Shown here: positions 25,401-39,130 of the stretch, one piece after another | Position numbering within the stretch: position 1 is the stretch's first letter | How the letters are laid out: each line of letters opens with the position of its first letter | NCBI RefSeq assembly: GCF_037042905.1 | Contig: NC_087245.1 | Span: 11,410,001 to 11,474,000, forward strand | Length of the DNA stretch: 64,000 nucleotides | From: Lytechinus pictus | Lineage: Eukaryota | Direction: 5' to 3' | The notes under the pieces: generated by a model | Seen by the model: the letters and a program-made list of their open reading frames with translations, nothing else | Told to the model about the DNA's origin: nothing | Database searches by the model: none | Program-made: the position numbers and the translations under genes

Positions 25401-28400
25401 ATAAAGCCCGCGAAAAACTTGTTATGGGGGTTATTTTGCACACAGACAAAAAATAACTCGTTCAGGGGGTGTTTGGAAATAATTTGGTCACGCATGTGTA
25501 CAGCAATACATGTTGACTGCCCCCCCCCCCCGGGGCGTCCTTGTTCGGAATCATCGTCGGCGTCGCCCCTTATGCGAATTAAAGTGATTGGTTAACATTG
25601 GTTTGACTTTAAAAAAATCTGAGCTAGAAGGTCACACTTGTCACCTGTGTGTGTGATATGTTACAAAAATGAAGCCCAGAAAAAATTGCGTTCGAAAATA
25701 ATTATTTAGTGCTTCAAAAATTGAAATAAAAAGTGACCGAAAACACCATCTTAATTTCATCCCATACACTTATGTGTACTATTTAGGCGTCTTGTAGACG
25801 CCTTTTTACAAAATCGGGGTTTGCCTTGTAGTTTTAGCTTTTCATTCTCAATAATGGTTGTTTTCAGGGTTTATTAGTTCTAATACATGCACTTGTACAC
25901 ATGTTTCATCTTGGTTTGAGAATTTTTTAAATCGGCTGCTCACAAAGTTAAACAATACCTTTAAGAAAACTAATATTGGAAACACAAGAAATGTTGAAAA
26001 GGGGGAATTTTAACAAAATTTTTCTCGATACATATGAGACACTTCCTCACTCAATGCTTGGCGAAGTGATAGAATATGAAGAAGAAAAACCTACGGACTC
26101 AACGGTACGCGAACGATTTCAAAGGATGCAAGTTGCCGAAAAATGGTAGCCACATGCTCCCAAGTTCAATTCAATTCAATTCATTTATTTGCCATCCTTT
26201 AAAAACATACAAATATATGTACAAGTATACAACAACAAAGGAGTAAAAGAATTTAAATCACAGTATAAGCAATAAGAAAATGGTAGAAACATAAAAGAAA
26301 TGAAAAGAAAATGTAGCGGATGTAGGGAGTCAGAAAGGCCATTGACCTGTCAAAGCCGACTCCCTTGATTACTACATTATGGTACGATTAAAAACACAAA
26401 TAGAATAGTGGCCAAAAAAAACCAGACACGAACATATCGATATCACCCCCCCCCCTTTGATAGGCAGTTGGAATTATTAACTATAAGTAGACAGTTGGTT
26501 TTTGTTTCAATCTAAAACGCCAAACTCGCAAAGTTCGGACATGACTTGTGACGATCGAATTCTGCATCCCATCACAAATTCTTCGTAATAGGCTCGTGGA
26601 CCAGTTCCAAAATTGACGTAATCATTCGTTATAATACAGGTATGCTGACGGGTAGCGGGGGATTTTATACACATAAGCACTACGGTGGACATCCGGGATT
26701 GGAAAGCTCTAAGAACTGGACCGGATATGATTTGAGGGATAATTTGGAACAGGTAGCCCAAGACTATCAAGGAGTGTACTCAACCCATCTTTTCACTCAG
26801 AAATCACAAAATATTATCCGTCACCACAATAAGTCGAAGGTCAGTGAAAAAAAGGTTAAATCTAAACAACAAAAATGATGTGATATCTGTGTTACACCAA
26901 TACAGTGAAGCATGGGCGAAAATCCCAGGGGGGACAAGGGGACGCCCCCCCCCCACCCGAAATAGTAGGGGTACACAATATCAAATGTCCCCTTACTATT
27001 TTTGGTCTTATATGATGGAAAGAAATACATTATTCAAAATCTAAATAAAACATATATTTTGGACGAGACGACCTTACTTTTTTGGTGATAAGCTTCTTTT
27101 TTTTTGGGGGGGGGGCTTGTCAAATTTATTTTGGTTGATTCGAAATTACCTTACCTTTGGGGTGATAAGGTTTTTTTTTTTTGCTAGTCAAATTTTCCAG
27201 CCCCTGGTCCCCCTACCTTTGGAGAAGATTTCCGCCCTTGCAGTGAAGAGAGGGGGGAGAAAGAGAGAGGAAGGAGGGGTAGAAGAGATTGATAGATAGA
27301 TAGATAGATAGGTAGGTAGGTAGGTAGATAGATAGATAGATAGATTAGATAGGATAGATAGATAGATAAATAGATAAATAGATAGATAGATAAGATTAAT
27401 GGATAAAAATGATTTAAAGGAGTAAATACATAAATAAACAAATAAAGCAATCAATCATTAACCAATGAAAAGAAAATACTGAATTTTTAATAAATGAATC
27501 ATTATTAATTAATTATTTAATTAATCAATCAATTAATTGATTGATTAGTTAATTAAAATTATGCTGTTACTCAAACTATTTGCTATTTTAAGGCAAAAAA
27601 ATTGGTTTACAAGATTGGCCTTTGACACTTTTGCACGAAAGATATTCGTCGTAAAAAACTATGAACATTCTGATTTTTTAAATTTCTATTATTAATAATG
27701 TTTTAAACATTCACTTGTATTATAGCCGCTGTTTTTGTACCACTCCTTTCAAGCTGTGCACTATCCTCTCGAGGTTCCATCTTGGTATACGGAAGACTTT
27801 AACTACATAGCCGATGAGAAGAGACGAATCTATGCCGGTATGGTGAAATGCATGGATGAAGCAGTCGGTAATATTACCAGGACATTGAAGAAAACTGGCT
27901 TGTGGAACAATACCATTATCATATTTTCTTCAGGTAATTAATAGTCATATTGACCACTTCATCAGATATTAAGCAAATATAAAAAGTGATGGATACAGAA
28001 AGGATACAGCAAAGTCCTAAATTCATAAAAGGTTTTTCAGTGTAAGTGTTAAATCAAATCCTTCACATGTGCTCACATCTGATTCCTTAAGGTGCACAAT
28101 GGTATAATGTTTGCGTTTTTACACTTGGATAGTAAACAGTGCACCAAACTTTAATTTCAGGAATAACAATTACCCTGCCTCATAAATGATAAAGTGTATA
28201 TAGATTTTAGCACAGTTACTAAAGATATTCGATCATGATGATAATGTATTAGAAAATAATTGTGATATGTCATTATGTGTAAAACTTTCGTAAAAATCAA
28301 TTTTATGAAAAACCCATCTCACATTTTCATTTTGACAGACAATGGGGCAAATTTCAACTATGGAGGCAACAACTGGCCCTTACGTGGTATGAAAAGATCA

Positions 28401-30024
28401 CTATGGGAGGGTGGCATCAAGTCTGTAGGTTTCATCGCCAGTCCTTTACTACCAAAACACGTTCGAGGAACAGTCAATAATAATTTATTTCATGTAACCG
28501 ACTGGTTTCCTACTCTTGTCAAGGGTGTGGCAAGAGGGCGCCTAAGGGGTACAAACCTCGATGGACACAATCTATGGAAACATTTGATAAGCAAAAAGAA
28601 GTAAGTTAACTATATTTATGTCCTATTAAACATGTCATTTAAAATGGCTTGTGGCTTTATCTGCTTTATACCATTTTTTCTAAACAACTTTAACGGTTTT
28701 AATCATTTCGCCTTTTTGTGAACTAGATACATGCCCCCCCCCCCCTCCGCAGGAACACGCCCACTGACATGACTGAGGACTGTTGTATTGTTTCAACATC
28801 GTCATACTAGTATTCTTCAAATTAGATCGAATTTTACTTCAACATGCATTCAAGAAAAAAAAGTAAAACTATTCCGAATATAACTGTATCGCAATTTTGA
28901 TATTCTCCTCGCTTGCTTAGTTTCCGCACATGCATAAAGATATATTCTGTTTCCAGAATTGATTTACGGTTTATTCCATTGATCTTATCTCGGGATACAT
29001 TTTATTATTTTCATTGTACAGCACAATTTCACTTTTAAGGAGTTTCAGTCATTTTTCCATGATGAAATGATCCATCTAGAAACAAAATTATGTCCTCACA
29101 TGTTTCTATGTGGCCTTTTCAGGATACGGAACCGGGAGAATTGGCCACGGAAAGAGATATTACACAACATCGACACGTATTCACCTGTCTTCAGTGAGAT
29201 ACCTTATTGGTTTTCACTTAACTTCCCAGCAGCTATTCGATATGAAAAGTGGAAACTTATCACGTCTCAAATCGGTTAGTAAATGGTGACAATCCTCAAA
29301 TAATTTTGGTGTTTGGGCAGGGGCCGGATGCAGTATTGACCCGTAGGGTCTAGGGTGTGAATTTTCTGCCAAGCCGCAAGCAAAAAAAAAAAAAAAAAAA
29401 AAAAAGGTTGGGAAGCTCTTTTGCCCCATGTATCTGCCCCTGGTTGGGGTAGGGGTGGTGACGGGATTTTTTTTTACATGGGGTAGGGGCAAGATAACCT
29501 AAAGTTGATAATTTTTTTTTAACAGGGGTAACATTGATTTACACGTCTTATAGTATACATCGCTTTCTTACAGTCTTCTCCTTTCTTTCCTTTTCCATTC
29601 TCAATTCTACCGTTATTCTCTTTTCTTTTTCACTACTTGAAAATAGATAGGGCGGTCGCATTCTACAACGATGAGTGTCTGAGAATATTCTGTGTTTCTT
29701 TTTATTAACTATAGACCTTGCAGTTCCTTTGTTTTTATATTTTGCATATTGACAGGCAACAAAAGCTGGGTACCACCACCAGAATCAGGGGAACAGACCA
29801 TCCATTCCACAGATACACCAGAAAAACGGTTATGGCTCTTCGACCTATCCGAAGATCCGAACGAAACGAATGATTTATCGTCAGAAAGGAGAGATATAAC
29901 TTATTTCCTTTTAAGACGGCTTGGGTCATATCTACGGGAATCCGTTCCTATAGTATATCCTGGTCCAGATAGAAGAGCAAACCCGGCTCTTCATAACAAT
30001 TCATTTAGTGACTGGATTCAATGA
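22054..30024 (+). CDS. ARSB: Arylsulfatase B-like sulfatase (ARSB/ARSI/ARSJ group), 546 aa. Exons 22054-22416, 24516-24702, 26640-26839, 27726-27933, 28339-28600, 29123-29274, 29756-30024. First donor is non-canonical (CT)
   Basis: Motifs [31 protein letters not shown] (CxPxR formylglycine motif), [39 protein letters not shown] and [10 protein letters not shown]. Exons sum to 1641 nt with consistent phases. The symbol indicates the family; one-to-one orthology is untested. Confidence 0.93.
22785..23005. repeat. Palindromic MITE-like repeat
   Basis: ACGCTGTTTACTATATGAACCTTACAGTA has a perfect inverted copy TACTGTAAGGTTCATATAGTAAACAGCGT. Confidence 0.8.
24516..24702 (+). CDS. ARSB: Arylsulfatase coding exon 2
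   Basis: aacag| IHTGMQH...[13 protein letters not shown]...RGFDSFF G|gttagt. Confidence 0.93.
25081..25534. mobile_element. CCCGGG-terminated MITE in arylsulfatase intron
   Basis: TIR CCCCGGGGG-CAGTCAA...GTACACATGCGTGACCA; 8-bp TSD GCGTCCTT. Confidence 0.88.
25583..25960. mobile_element. Kolobok-type MITE
   Basis: TTAA on both flanks; imperfect TIR AGTGATTGGTTAACATTG versus AGGTATTGTTTAACTTTG. Confidence 0.65.
26640..26839 (+). CDS. ARSB: Arylsulfatase coding exon 3
   Basis: tacag| (G)[11 protein letters not shown]...GYDLRDN...GVYSTHLFT...HNKSK|gtcagt. Confidence 0.92.
26911..27240. mobile_element. hAT-type MITE in arylsulfatase intron
   Basis: Termini CATGGGCGAAAATC/GATTTCCGCCCTTG; perfect 8-bp TSD CAGTGAAG. 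Confidence 0.88.
27291..27395. repeat. (GATA)n/(GGTA)n microsatellite
   Basis: Direct reading. Confidence 0.95.
27726..27933 (+). CDS. ARSB: Arylsulfatase coding exon 4
   Basis: tatag| [18 protein letters not shown]...[14 protein letters not shown]...IIFSS|gtaatt. Confidence 0.93.
28339..28600 (+). CDS. ARSB: Arylsulfatase coding exon 5
   Basis: gacag| DNGA...[16 protein letters not shown]...HVTDWFPTL...LDGHNLW|gtaagt. Confidence 0.93.
29123..29274 (+). CDS. ARSB: Arylsulfatase coding exon 6
   Basis: ttttcag| ...[10 protein letters not shown]...[12 protein letters not shown]|gttagt. Confidence 0.9.
29756..30024 (+). CDS. ARSB: Arylsulfatase terminal coding exon
   Basis: gacag| [10 protein letters not shown]...[17 protein letters not shown]...[16 protein letters not shown]. 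Confidence 0.92.
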
Positions 30025-30372
30025 CGATTCCATAAAGGTGTTAAACTATTTTCGTGAGTATTTATTCAGGCAAGATTCATTCTACATTCACCGTGAGTGT
30101 ATTAATTACTACTTCGAAAAAGCAAGTAGTGGCTTTTCAGACATTTTAGGCTTTGGGGGAGTCTTGTACATTGACACAAGATGAAAAGCACGTATATGCA
30201 CTGCGTTTATTCACTTGCTTTGAATGTAGATGATTCACAGACTCAGGAAAGAAAATAACCTCCGTAATCGGGCCTCCCCTTGGGCCGATGATTAGTGAGA
30301 GTTTAGGCCTAAAATTATTATTAAAAAAAGAAAAATACTTATCTGATTTCATGAAAATTGTTGAGGAATATT

Positions 30373-31033
30373 CTCGGGACCACTTCCATTGACCAGTGGA
30401 TATCATTCGTGTCCATGGGATTTCAAGAAAACATGCTAAACAAATCTGGAAACGCACCTCTTAACAAGTATAGTCGTGTGAAAACCCACCCTAATGTTGC
30501 AGTAATATTTCCCCCACACTCGACGGCGAGTAAAACAAAAAACGTTTATATTAAAACCAGCCATATGTATATATAGGTGGTACAAAAAAGTTAAAACGGT
30601 CTTTTTTCAACTCGCTGTACGGCCACCGTATGGTAAAAGTGACTACGCCATTATCAAGTATTTATTGGGTACAAAACGTCACCCACTTGCAAGGTGCATC
30701 GGGAATAGGGATACACCATATGTAAATTGGCTCTGGGTAAATCTCGCCCTTAAAACTTTCGTTGGTGCAAAAGGTTCAGACCTCTTCCCTTTTTCGAAAT
30801 ATATATATTCTAGTTTTATACCCTTTCAAATCACACCCCAATCACGTCTTTTACCACACGAAAGGTATACCCTTTTTCAGCAATTTACTGTTTTTGACAC
30901 CCTTCACGTAACATGCTGTATCTTAAAATAGATAACCTTTTTTATGCGTGCGTTTGTTTGTTTTGTTTTCTTTTGTTTCATCATTTTGGACGACCATGAT
31001 ATCCACTTTTCAATGGAAGTGCCCCACGCCCGG
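30373..31033. mobile_element. Degenerate CCCGGG-family MITE
   Basis: CTCGGGACCACTTCCATTGACCAGTGGATATCA is inverted at TGATATCCACTTTTCAATGGAAGTG...CCCGGG and resembles the 14230 TIR; TSD unclear. Confidence 0.65.
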
Positions 31034-32180
31034 GTATATTATCATCACTATTATAATCTTATTCAAATTAGGTTTGTTGACATGTTCATTCATGAAGAGA
31101 AATTTCTGCCAATATTTACAATTGTTGTTAGTGAAATGAAATAATTTTCTTGGATATCTCGAGTTTGTTTCATTTATTTATTTGACGGGGCAATTATACA
31201 TCTTCGTTACAATTGTATATTCCTTCTCACATTTTTGTGCTAAAAACGACTTTAATTGGGCAACATTATGTACTCATGGTAATCAGATTTAATAATGCAT
31301 CATTTGTTTACTTACAACAGTTTTCCATTCTCTTGTTTTTTAGACAACTATTGAAAATAATTGAAAACAGATTGTGACATGTGGCAAAGTATGAATGGTA
31401 TGATAAGTTATAAGTATAACCAACATGATAGGGTTTAGGACGTATGAGCGATAGGCCTAGATTAATTCAAACATTACAATGTGTTTGTTTTAATAATAAA
31501 TACATAATTCGTGAAAATGTGTATTACACCCACAATTGTTATTTTGAAATCTACAATTCGTTATTCTAATCATGATTCACTCAGAAATATGTACAGCCAT
31601 ATAAAAATGAGCTCCTCTAGAGAGCCTTTTTACACTGTTTTTTATCATGTCACAACAGTTATTTTCATTGAGAGAAATATTTCCTATTTATTAGTGAGAA
31701 ATGTTGCAAACAAATTATATTCTGTCAATACGCGATGGCCAAAATGCTTTGTCATTTGTCTATTTTACAAATCTGTCTCATTTCCTGTCTGCATCTCTGA
31801 GCAAACGTAATTCTGATTCATTTGCAATGCTTTTGTTTTCAGAAAATCACAACTTCATCATCGCCAAAACCTCTCACTCTGTACGTATGGGCATTGCTAA
31901 AAACCAGAACTATTGTGTACTGTAGAATAAAAAAAATAAAAAACGTAGCAAATACTATTGCTAGTTTCAATATACATGAAAATAAGCAATTGGGTTTTTT
32001 TTGCCATTTTTTTTTTAGTGTTCGCGCCGATGTGACTGCTAAGTGCGGGGCTTTATGTTGTAACCAAAGGAAAATACATGACCTAGCTGAGCCTGAAGTG
32101 AAACCTACAGGGTTTAAAAAAAAATATTTTGCTCCAGGGGCACAATAATGCTACCATATCCCCCATAAAATCAAGATTAA

Positions 32181-33286
32181 AGGGGAAGTTCACCCTGAAG
32201 AAAAGTTTGTGGTAAAAATAGCATAAAGAATAATAAAAGAACAATGGTGAAGGTTGGAGGAAAATCCATTAAAAATTAAGAAAGTTATTAGAATTTTAAG
32301 TTCTGGATTTGTTACGTCATAAACGAGCAGCTGCCCCATATGTTATGAGTTATAAAAAATGTAAAATAAAACGCATGAACTTCATTTTTCCAGTGGTTCC
32401 TGATGACTTATTTTTGTTTTATATTCATGTTTGGGTGTGAAGTGATTTGTCTATTGATATACGAAAGGTACAGTAAAAACCATTTTCAATTTTCTGAGAA
32501 AATGACATTTCATTGATTTTTTACCATTCGCTATGTAGGAATGCTGCTCACATATGACGTCACAAATCAAATACCGGTAATTAGAATTCTAATAACTCTT
32601 TAAAGGGGAATCCAGCCTTTGCCATAAAATGTTGTGTTGGGAAGGAGAAAAATAAATTAAACAGAATGGCGAAAGTCTGAAAGAAATCGGACAAGGAATA
32701 AGAAAGTTAAAGCTGTTTTTAAATTGCGATCACTATAGTATGTAGATTTCAAATTGGCAACTGGGTAAGTAAATTATATGACAAGGGGCAAGGACACCTT
32801 TCCCATAGGCCATGTACTTTATTATCAGGGATTTGTGGTTTTCTGCTAAGTACCCATTCCCCTGGGGCAGTAATCTAAATATAATCCAGGTAGTATATAT
32901 TTTATGTTCTCATATGAAAGAAAAATATAATTTGAAATAAAACTTTTTTTGAAAATGACATTTTAGCCACAATATGTATTGGAGTACATGGAAGAGTAGT
33001 CCCTGCCTTACATCACTATGACATCCCATATGCGGCCAATTTGAAGTCTCCATGGGTATAGTGATTACCAATATTTACAACTTTAAAAAAATCATAACTT
33101 TCTTGTTGTTTGTCCAATATTGTTCAAACTTTCACGTATCAACTTGTCTCATTTTTCTTCTTCTTATAAAAACAAGTTTTTATTTGGGTTGGATTCCCCT
33201 TTAATTCTTTGATGGATTTTCGTCAAAACTTTGGCTCTATTTTTAATGATTTTTTCTGCTATTTTTAGTCAGGGTGAACTTTCCCT
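32181..33286. mobile_element. Kolobok-type (TTAA TSD) MITE, outer element
   Basis: TTAA|AGGGGAAGTTCACCCTGA ... TCAGGGTGAACTTTCCCT|TTAA. Confidence 0.85.
32604..33200. mobile_element. Kolobok-type MITE nested in the 32181-33286 element
   Basis: TTAA|AGGGGAATCCAGCC ... GGTTGGATTCCCCT|TTAA; near-identical copy at 62138-62708. Confidence 0.9.
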
Positions 33287-34999
33287 TTAATGATCAGAAG
33301 TTACATAAATTAACTATATCCAGATAACATTTTTCCAAAAATCACAAGCATTTCTACCTTATTATACATTGATTGATTTCTTTTCAAGATGCTTGCTGGT
33401 CATTCTTGCTTATTTTCATGGCCATCATCTTTTTGTGTTTCTCTAAAAGAGAGTGACAAAGGGGGTATTGACACCTTGCCACTGACACTAGGCTGCAGGG
33501 GAAAGCAAATACACGATCTTCTGATTACAAGGCAAGAGTCAGAACCACTACACCACAACGTTTCTACCTTCTCTTCTCTCCTTTGCCCCTCTTTTTCTTT
33601 ACTTTGCACCCCCTCCCCTTCCCGCCACTCCTTTAGACATTTATTCTTCTCTCTCCCTCCCCTACATTTCTTCTCCTCTCCACTTTCAATATACATACCC
33701 CCTAAACTTGTGCACAGATAAGTGTCCTCCCCTTTTCAAAATACCATAACCAATTATAGAAATGATTTTGATCAAATTAATCTGCAAGATACATTTCTAA
33801 ACTTAATGGCTAACTTCTGCTTTAAAATATATCATACATGAGTGAGCATGCATTAAAAGAAAATTGTCACTCTTACAAAGTATCAAGGTTCATTTCTTGT
33901 TTAAACAATGTTATTCCTCTTTGTTTATGAAGTTTGCTCACTCAAACCAGCTGTGGTTATAACCTCTACAGCTCATACTTCATGTGAGGGTACACTTTCT
34001 GAGATATGCATAATTTCAACTCAATTTTTTTGTGTTAAAAAATTGTGAAAAAATGAACAAATTAAATTTTATCCAAAAAAATCTGTATATGGGAGTGCCT
34101 TTGGTGTGTATTCACTTTATATGCACAACTTGACAAATCAATATATCTTTCATTCAAAAGTTAGTCTACATTATTTTGCTATAACTAATTTTGTTCAAAA
34201 GTTAGTATTTTTATAAAAGGAAAGCAATTTTTGTGTTTGTTTAGGTTACTCTCCTTCTCACTCTCCTTTTTTATTTCTTCCTCTCTTGTTCCTTATTTTT
34301 CAATCATTACAAAAATGTTTGATTGTATATATGCAAAATATACCAAAATTGTTGCTTTATTTAAACAAAAATCAAATAAAGGTTTGTTGCAGTTGTACAA
34401 TAGAATTAATGATAATTATCTTTTAAATATATAAGGCCAGGAATTCTATTTGATGAACAGTCTGTTTCAGGGAAAGTCTAGATGTTTTGTTAAAGCTGAT
34501 AGTTTTCAAATTATTTGTTGAGATAATACTTTTTCTACTAAGATCCATGCTTGAAAAAAATATCTTGAGACCTGTCTCATAAGGCTTGGTAACTAACAGG
34601 ATAAATTAACTCCGATAGTAGAAATATGTAATAATAATGTCATATTTTACCCAGGGAAGCCACTTCAGTTCCGAAACTGTTCTAACAGCGAGTAGTGGCT
34701 AAGCCCTGTTACCAGCTTACCATGGCAGTTTCCATCATCACAAGTTCTTTCTTCTGAAAATTGTATCTTTTAACTCAACTTCATGTTTACAGCAATTATA
34801 TACGAGGTGCACTTTTGACCTATTTTTAAGGTAATTTGCCACTTGGTCTACACCCACTTCGCCTACTTTCCGTTTGGTCCGATCTGACATGGATTTATCC
34901 TAGTTCATCTATAACCAGTTTGATACTAATCATCTGGTCTAATTGCCACTTCGTTCATTCATCATTTTACCTAATTTCCAGTTAGGCTGTATTCATTGT

Positions 35000-35181
35000 T
35001 GTTATATATTGGTAATGATGTCATACATGATGTCATACCATGACTCACTGTTCTTACTATTGTAGCTGCGCAGGGGCAATGCGGAATAAACTTGCTTTGG
35101 AATCATATACCAAGATTATCAGATGTGTGCTATTTATGTGCCTTATTTACTAATTACTGTAGAATAATCAGGATAACAACA
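35000..35181 (+). repeat. 5' LTR
   Basis: Direct repeat of 39131-39315 with about a dozen differences; contains AATAAA. Confidence 0.92.
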
Positions 35182-38100
35182 AATCTGACGATGAGGATTG
35201 AGTTTTGTGTTTGTTCTTCACTTTGGGAAAGTTCGAGTACCTGAGGAGGACTACTTTTGGAACAATTGGTGAATTTCGGGAAGACGAAGGGAGTTGGTCC
35301 GAGTACATTGAGCGTATGGGACACTACTTCGACGCCAATAGCATCATCAATGATGCTAAGCATCATTGAAGAGAGGAGGAAAAGATCCATTTTATTTAAT
35401 GTTTGTGGAGCCTCAACCTACAAGTTCATATCAAGTTTGGCAGCACCAAGGAAAACCAGGTAAAATTGAGTTCAAGGAACTTGTGAAATCAATGACTGAT
35501 CATTGAGAGCCAAAGCCATCGGTGATCGTCCAGCAATTCAAATTAATAGTAGGTCAAGAAAATCAGATGATTCGCTGTCAACTTACATTGCTGAGCTGCG
35601 ACGATTGGCTAATGAATGTAAGTTTGATACTATTTTGGAGGAATGTTGAGAGATTGGATTGTGTGCAGAGTGGCAGATGATAGAAAACAAAGGAGGTTAT
35701 TGGCTGAACCAACTCTAACATAAAAAAAAGCTAAAGATATTGCATTGGCAATGGAATTGGCTGATAAAAATACAGCCAACCTCAATGATCAGAACAAAGG
35801 CAAGATGGTGAACAAAATCGCTCATGGGGTTAGTCATAGTAAGTCGTCACCGCCCTATTTCCTAGAAACATTCCTCATGCGGTAGCTGCAGTAAGGGGCA
35901 TCATAAAGGAGAAGCCTGTCCAGCAAAAGATGGAGAGTGTTTCCACTGCAAGAAAAAAGGAAATTTTGCCATGGTATGCAGCGCCAAAGGAGAGAGGAAG
36001 GAGCAGAGAAAAGTTTTCAAGCAGCAAGGAAAACTGACCACATCCAACAAACCTCACTCTTCAGCTCGAAACAAAAGATGATGAAAACAAAACCGGCTAC
36101 GAGTTGTATCAACACGAAAGTTTCAAAAGGTCCGAAACCTCCTCCAATTATGACTCTGCTGATAGTGAAAGGGAAGCCTATAAACTTCCAAGTGGACACG
36201 GGCTCGGCAGTAATGCTCATCAATGAGAAAACCTGGCTATCTCAGTGGAGTGACAAAGAGAGGCCTAAGCTGATCCAAAACGTGGCTTAATAGTAAATAC
36301 ACCAAACACTTAGTCGAAATTATCAGACAAATTGAAGTCCATGTATCCAAGGGCAACAAGGAGGAACGTTTGCCTTTGATAGTTGCAAGAGATAGAGGGC
36401 CGAATCTCATGGGATGAGATTGGCTGCATGAAATGGAGGGAGATACATGTAAACTTGGTCAAGGTCAATGATGTAGAAAGAGTGTTTCAGATTATGCGGG
36501 GCTGTTCACACGAGACCTTGGAAAGTTCAAAGGTGTAGAAGTGGATTAGGATATTGACCCCCGAGGCATCGCCTAAGGTTTTGAAGGCCCGTCCAGTTCC
36601 ATTTTCATTTCAAAGTCATCTGGATCAAGAGTTGGATTGCCTTCTCGCAGAAGACATAATTGAACCTGTTCAGTATTCAAACTGGGCAGCTCCAGTGGTC
36701 CCAGTCGTCAAGGGAGATGGATCCATTCGCATTTATGGGGATTATAAAACGATTAACATAGCAGCTCGATCGGATACCTATCCGATCCCAAGAGTAGAAG
36801 AGCTATTTGCAAGGCTTGCAAATGGAAAGAAATTTACAAAGCTGGATCTTTCTCATGCCTACCAACAATCCTGTCTGAGAAATCCAGGGAGCTCCTCACA
36901 ATCAACACGCATTGAGGGTTATTTCGATATAAGAGACAGCCTTTTGAAGGTTTAACGGCGCCCTGGGTTTCAGCGGATGATGGAGTCATTGCTGGCCGGT
37001 ATTCCAGGTGTGGCTGTCTACCTAGATGATCTTCTCATCACAGGAGAGTCAACAGATGCCCACATGAAAAACCTAAAAATAGTCCTGGATGCCCTTCTGA
37101 AAGCTGGACTGAGACTTAAGAAAGAGAAATGTGTGTTTCTCAAGGACGAGGTTGATTACCTCGGACACACTATCACTGCAAAGGGTATTCATCCCACGGG
37201 GGACAAGGTGCAAGCCATCACAAATGGGCCTGAACCAAAGAGCGTAAAGGAACTCCTGTCGTTCCTGGACTTGCTGAATCATTATGGTAAACTCTTACCT
37301 AACCTTGCATCGAATCTAGAACCTCTTCATCGGTTGTTGAGGAAAGACGCAAAATGGCAGTGGGGCAAGGAGCAAAAACAGGCTTCTGAAGAGCCACAAA
37401 GTTGCTAAATTGAACTAGGGTGCTAGCCCATTATAATCCTAAAGAGCAACTGATACTAGCTTGCGACGCTAGTCTGTACGGTGTCAGAGCCGTACTCGCA
37501 CGTAGGTTTTCGGATGGGACCGTAAAACCCATCGGTTTCGCGTCACAAACACTGAATATGGCAGAACGCAGATATTCGCAATTCGATAAGGATTAGCGAT
37601 TGTATTTGGTGTGAATGGTTTCACCAATATCTGTATGGCTGTAAATTTGAAATAATTACGATCAAAAGCCGCTACTTGGTCTCTTTGGAGAGAGGAAAGT
37701 CATTCCACAGATGGCTTCTCCACGCGAGTGGGCGATTACACTTGCGGCATATCAAATAAGGTTAAAAGCGGGAGAGAGAAATTCAAACTCTGATGCACTC
37801 AGTAGATTACCACTTGAATCAACCATTCCAGATCCTCCGAATGTCAATCACACAAGCGACAGCCGTCGAAAGCTCCATCCCATCATTGGGAATATCCAAA
37901 TAAACCTTGGTTGCAATTCTTGTCAATTACCCAGATCCAGTAGAAGGGAAGATGTTGCTAGTAATAGTAGATGCATATTCAAAATGGATAGATGTTCACA
38001 TTATGAATAAATTGACGAGTGAAGTGACAATAAACAAATTGAGGGAAGTCTTTTTGGCACAAGGTCTTCCTCAAACACTGGTTTTGGATAATGGGCCCTG

Positions 38101-39130
38101 TTCCACTAGTGAAGAATTCATTTTGTTCATGAAAATGAATGCAATCAATCACATAATTGATAAAAGGTACACCATATCACCCAGCTACTAATGGTCTTAA
38201 GGAAAGAGCAGTGCAAACCGTTAAAAGAGCCCTCAGAAAAATGAGTGGACCCCTTCAGACGAGATTATCAAGGTTCTTGTTGTGAGTTACCGTACAACTC
38301 CACAAGCTACCACAATGCAAACACCGGCAGAATTGCTCATGAATCACAGCTGTTCTGCCTGATGTGAACGCAACTGTTGAAAAGAAGCATTTCTCACAGA
38401 AGACCGCTCACACTTCTCGCAAACTTCGCGAATTTAAGATAGGTGAAGAAGTCCTTGAGAGAAATTACGGGCAAGGGAATCAATGGCTACACAGAAAAGT
38501 ACTAGAATGTAACGGTCCAGTATTTTATGTCGTAAATGTCAATGCCAATGGCTCGGTACTGAAAAGGAATAGACCTCGAACAAAGACACCGGCCCGACAT
38601 ACGAAGACGATATCATCCCTGATAACGCCAATGACTATTGCGATGTCAACGAAGATCCGCCAGACATTCGCGCAGATCATGAAGACAATCATGAAGTTGA
38701 CCATGATGACAGTATAAAGTATTATCCTAGACGAGAGCGTAGAAAACCAAACTATTATGAATTTTCTTAATTTTTGACACAACAATAATGATTATAAAAT
38801 CTTGTCTTGGATTATTAACTCTCACTTTTTGGACCTTGTCAAAATTCTTGATTTAATTTGTCTAGTTCAGTGAACAAATTTTATCATTGAATTTATTAGT
38901 TTTAATTCTAATTTCAGTTCCTGACCGACAAATATAATTTAATTGCGTTTAATAACGATCAAAAGTTTCTCAAGGTTGAAATATGAATCTGGAAACGGAT
39001 ATCAAAAGAAATTGTCAATCTTTTTAAAATATAGTTCTAAGACCAGTTTAATATTTTACTGGTACAGTTACAAATTAAATTGGAATGTGGGATGTTCATA
39101 AAAGGTATGTTTAATCTAAGGAGGAAGAGA

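Noticed and set aside
27184..27454. Two 88-aa YLSI-repeat ORFs
   Set aside because: Translation of the (GATA)n microsatellite.
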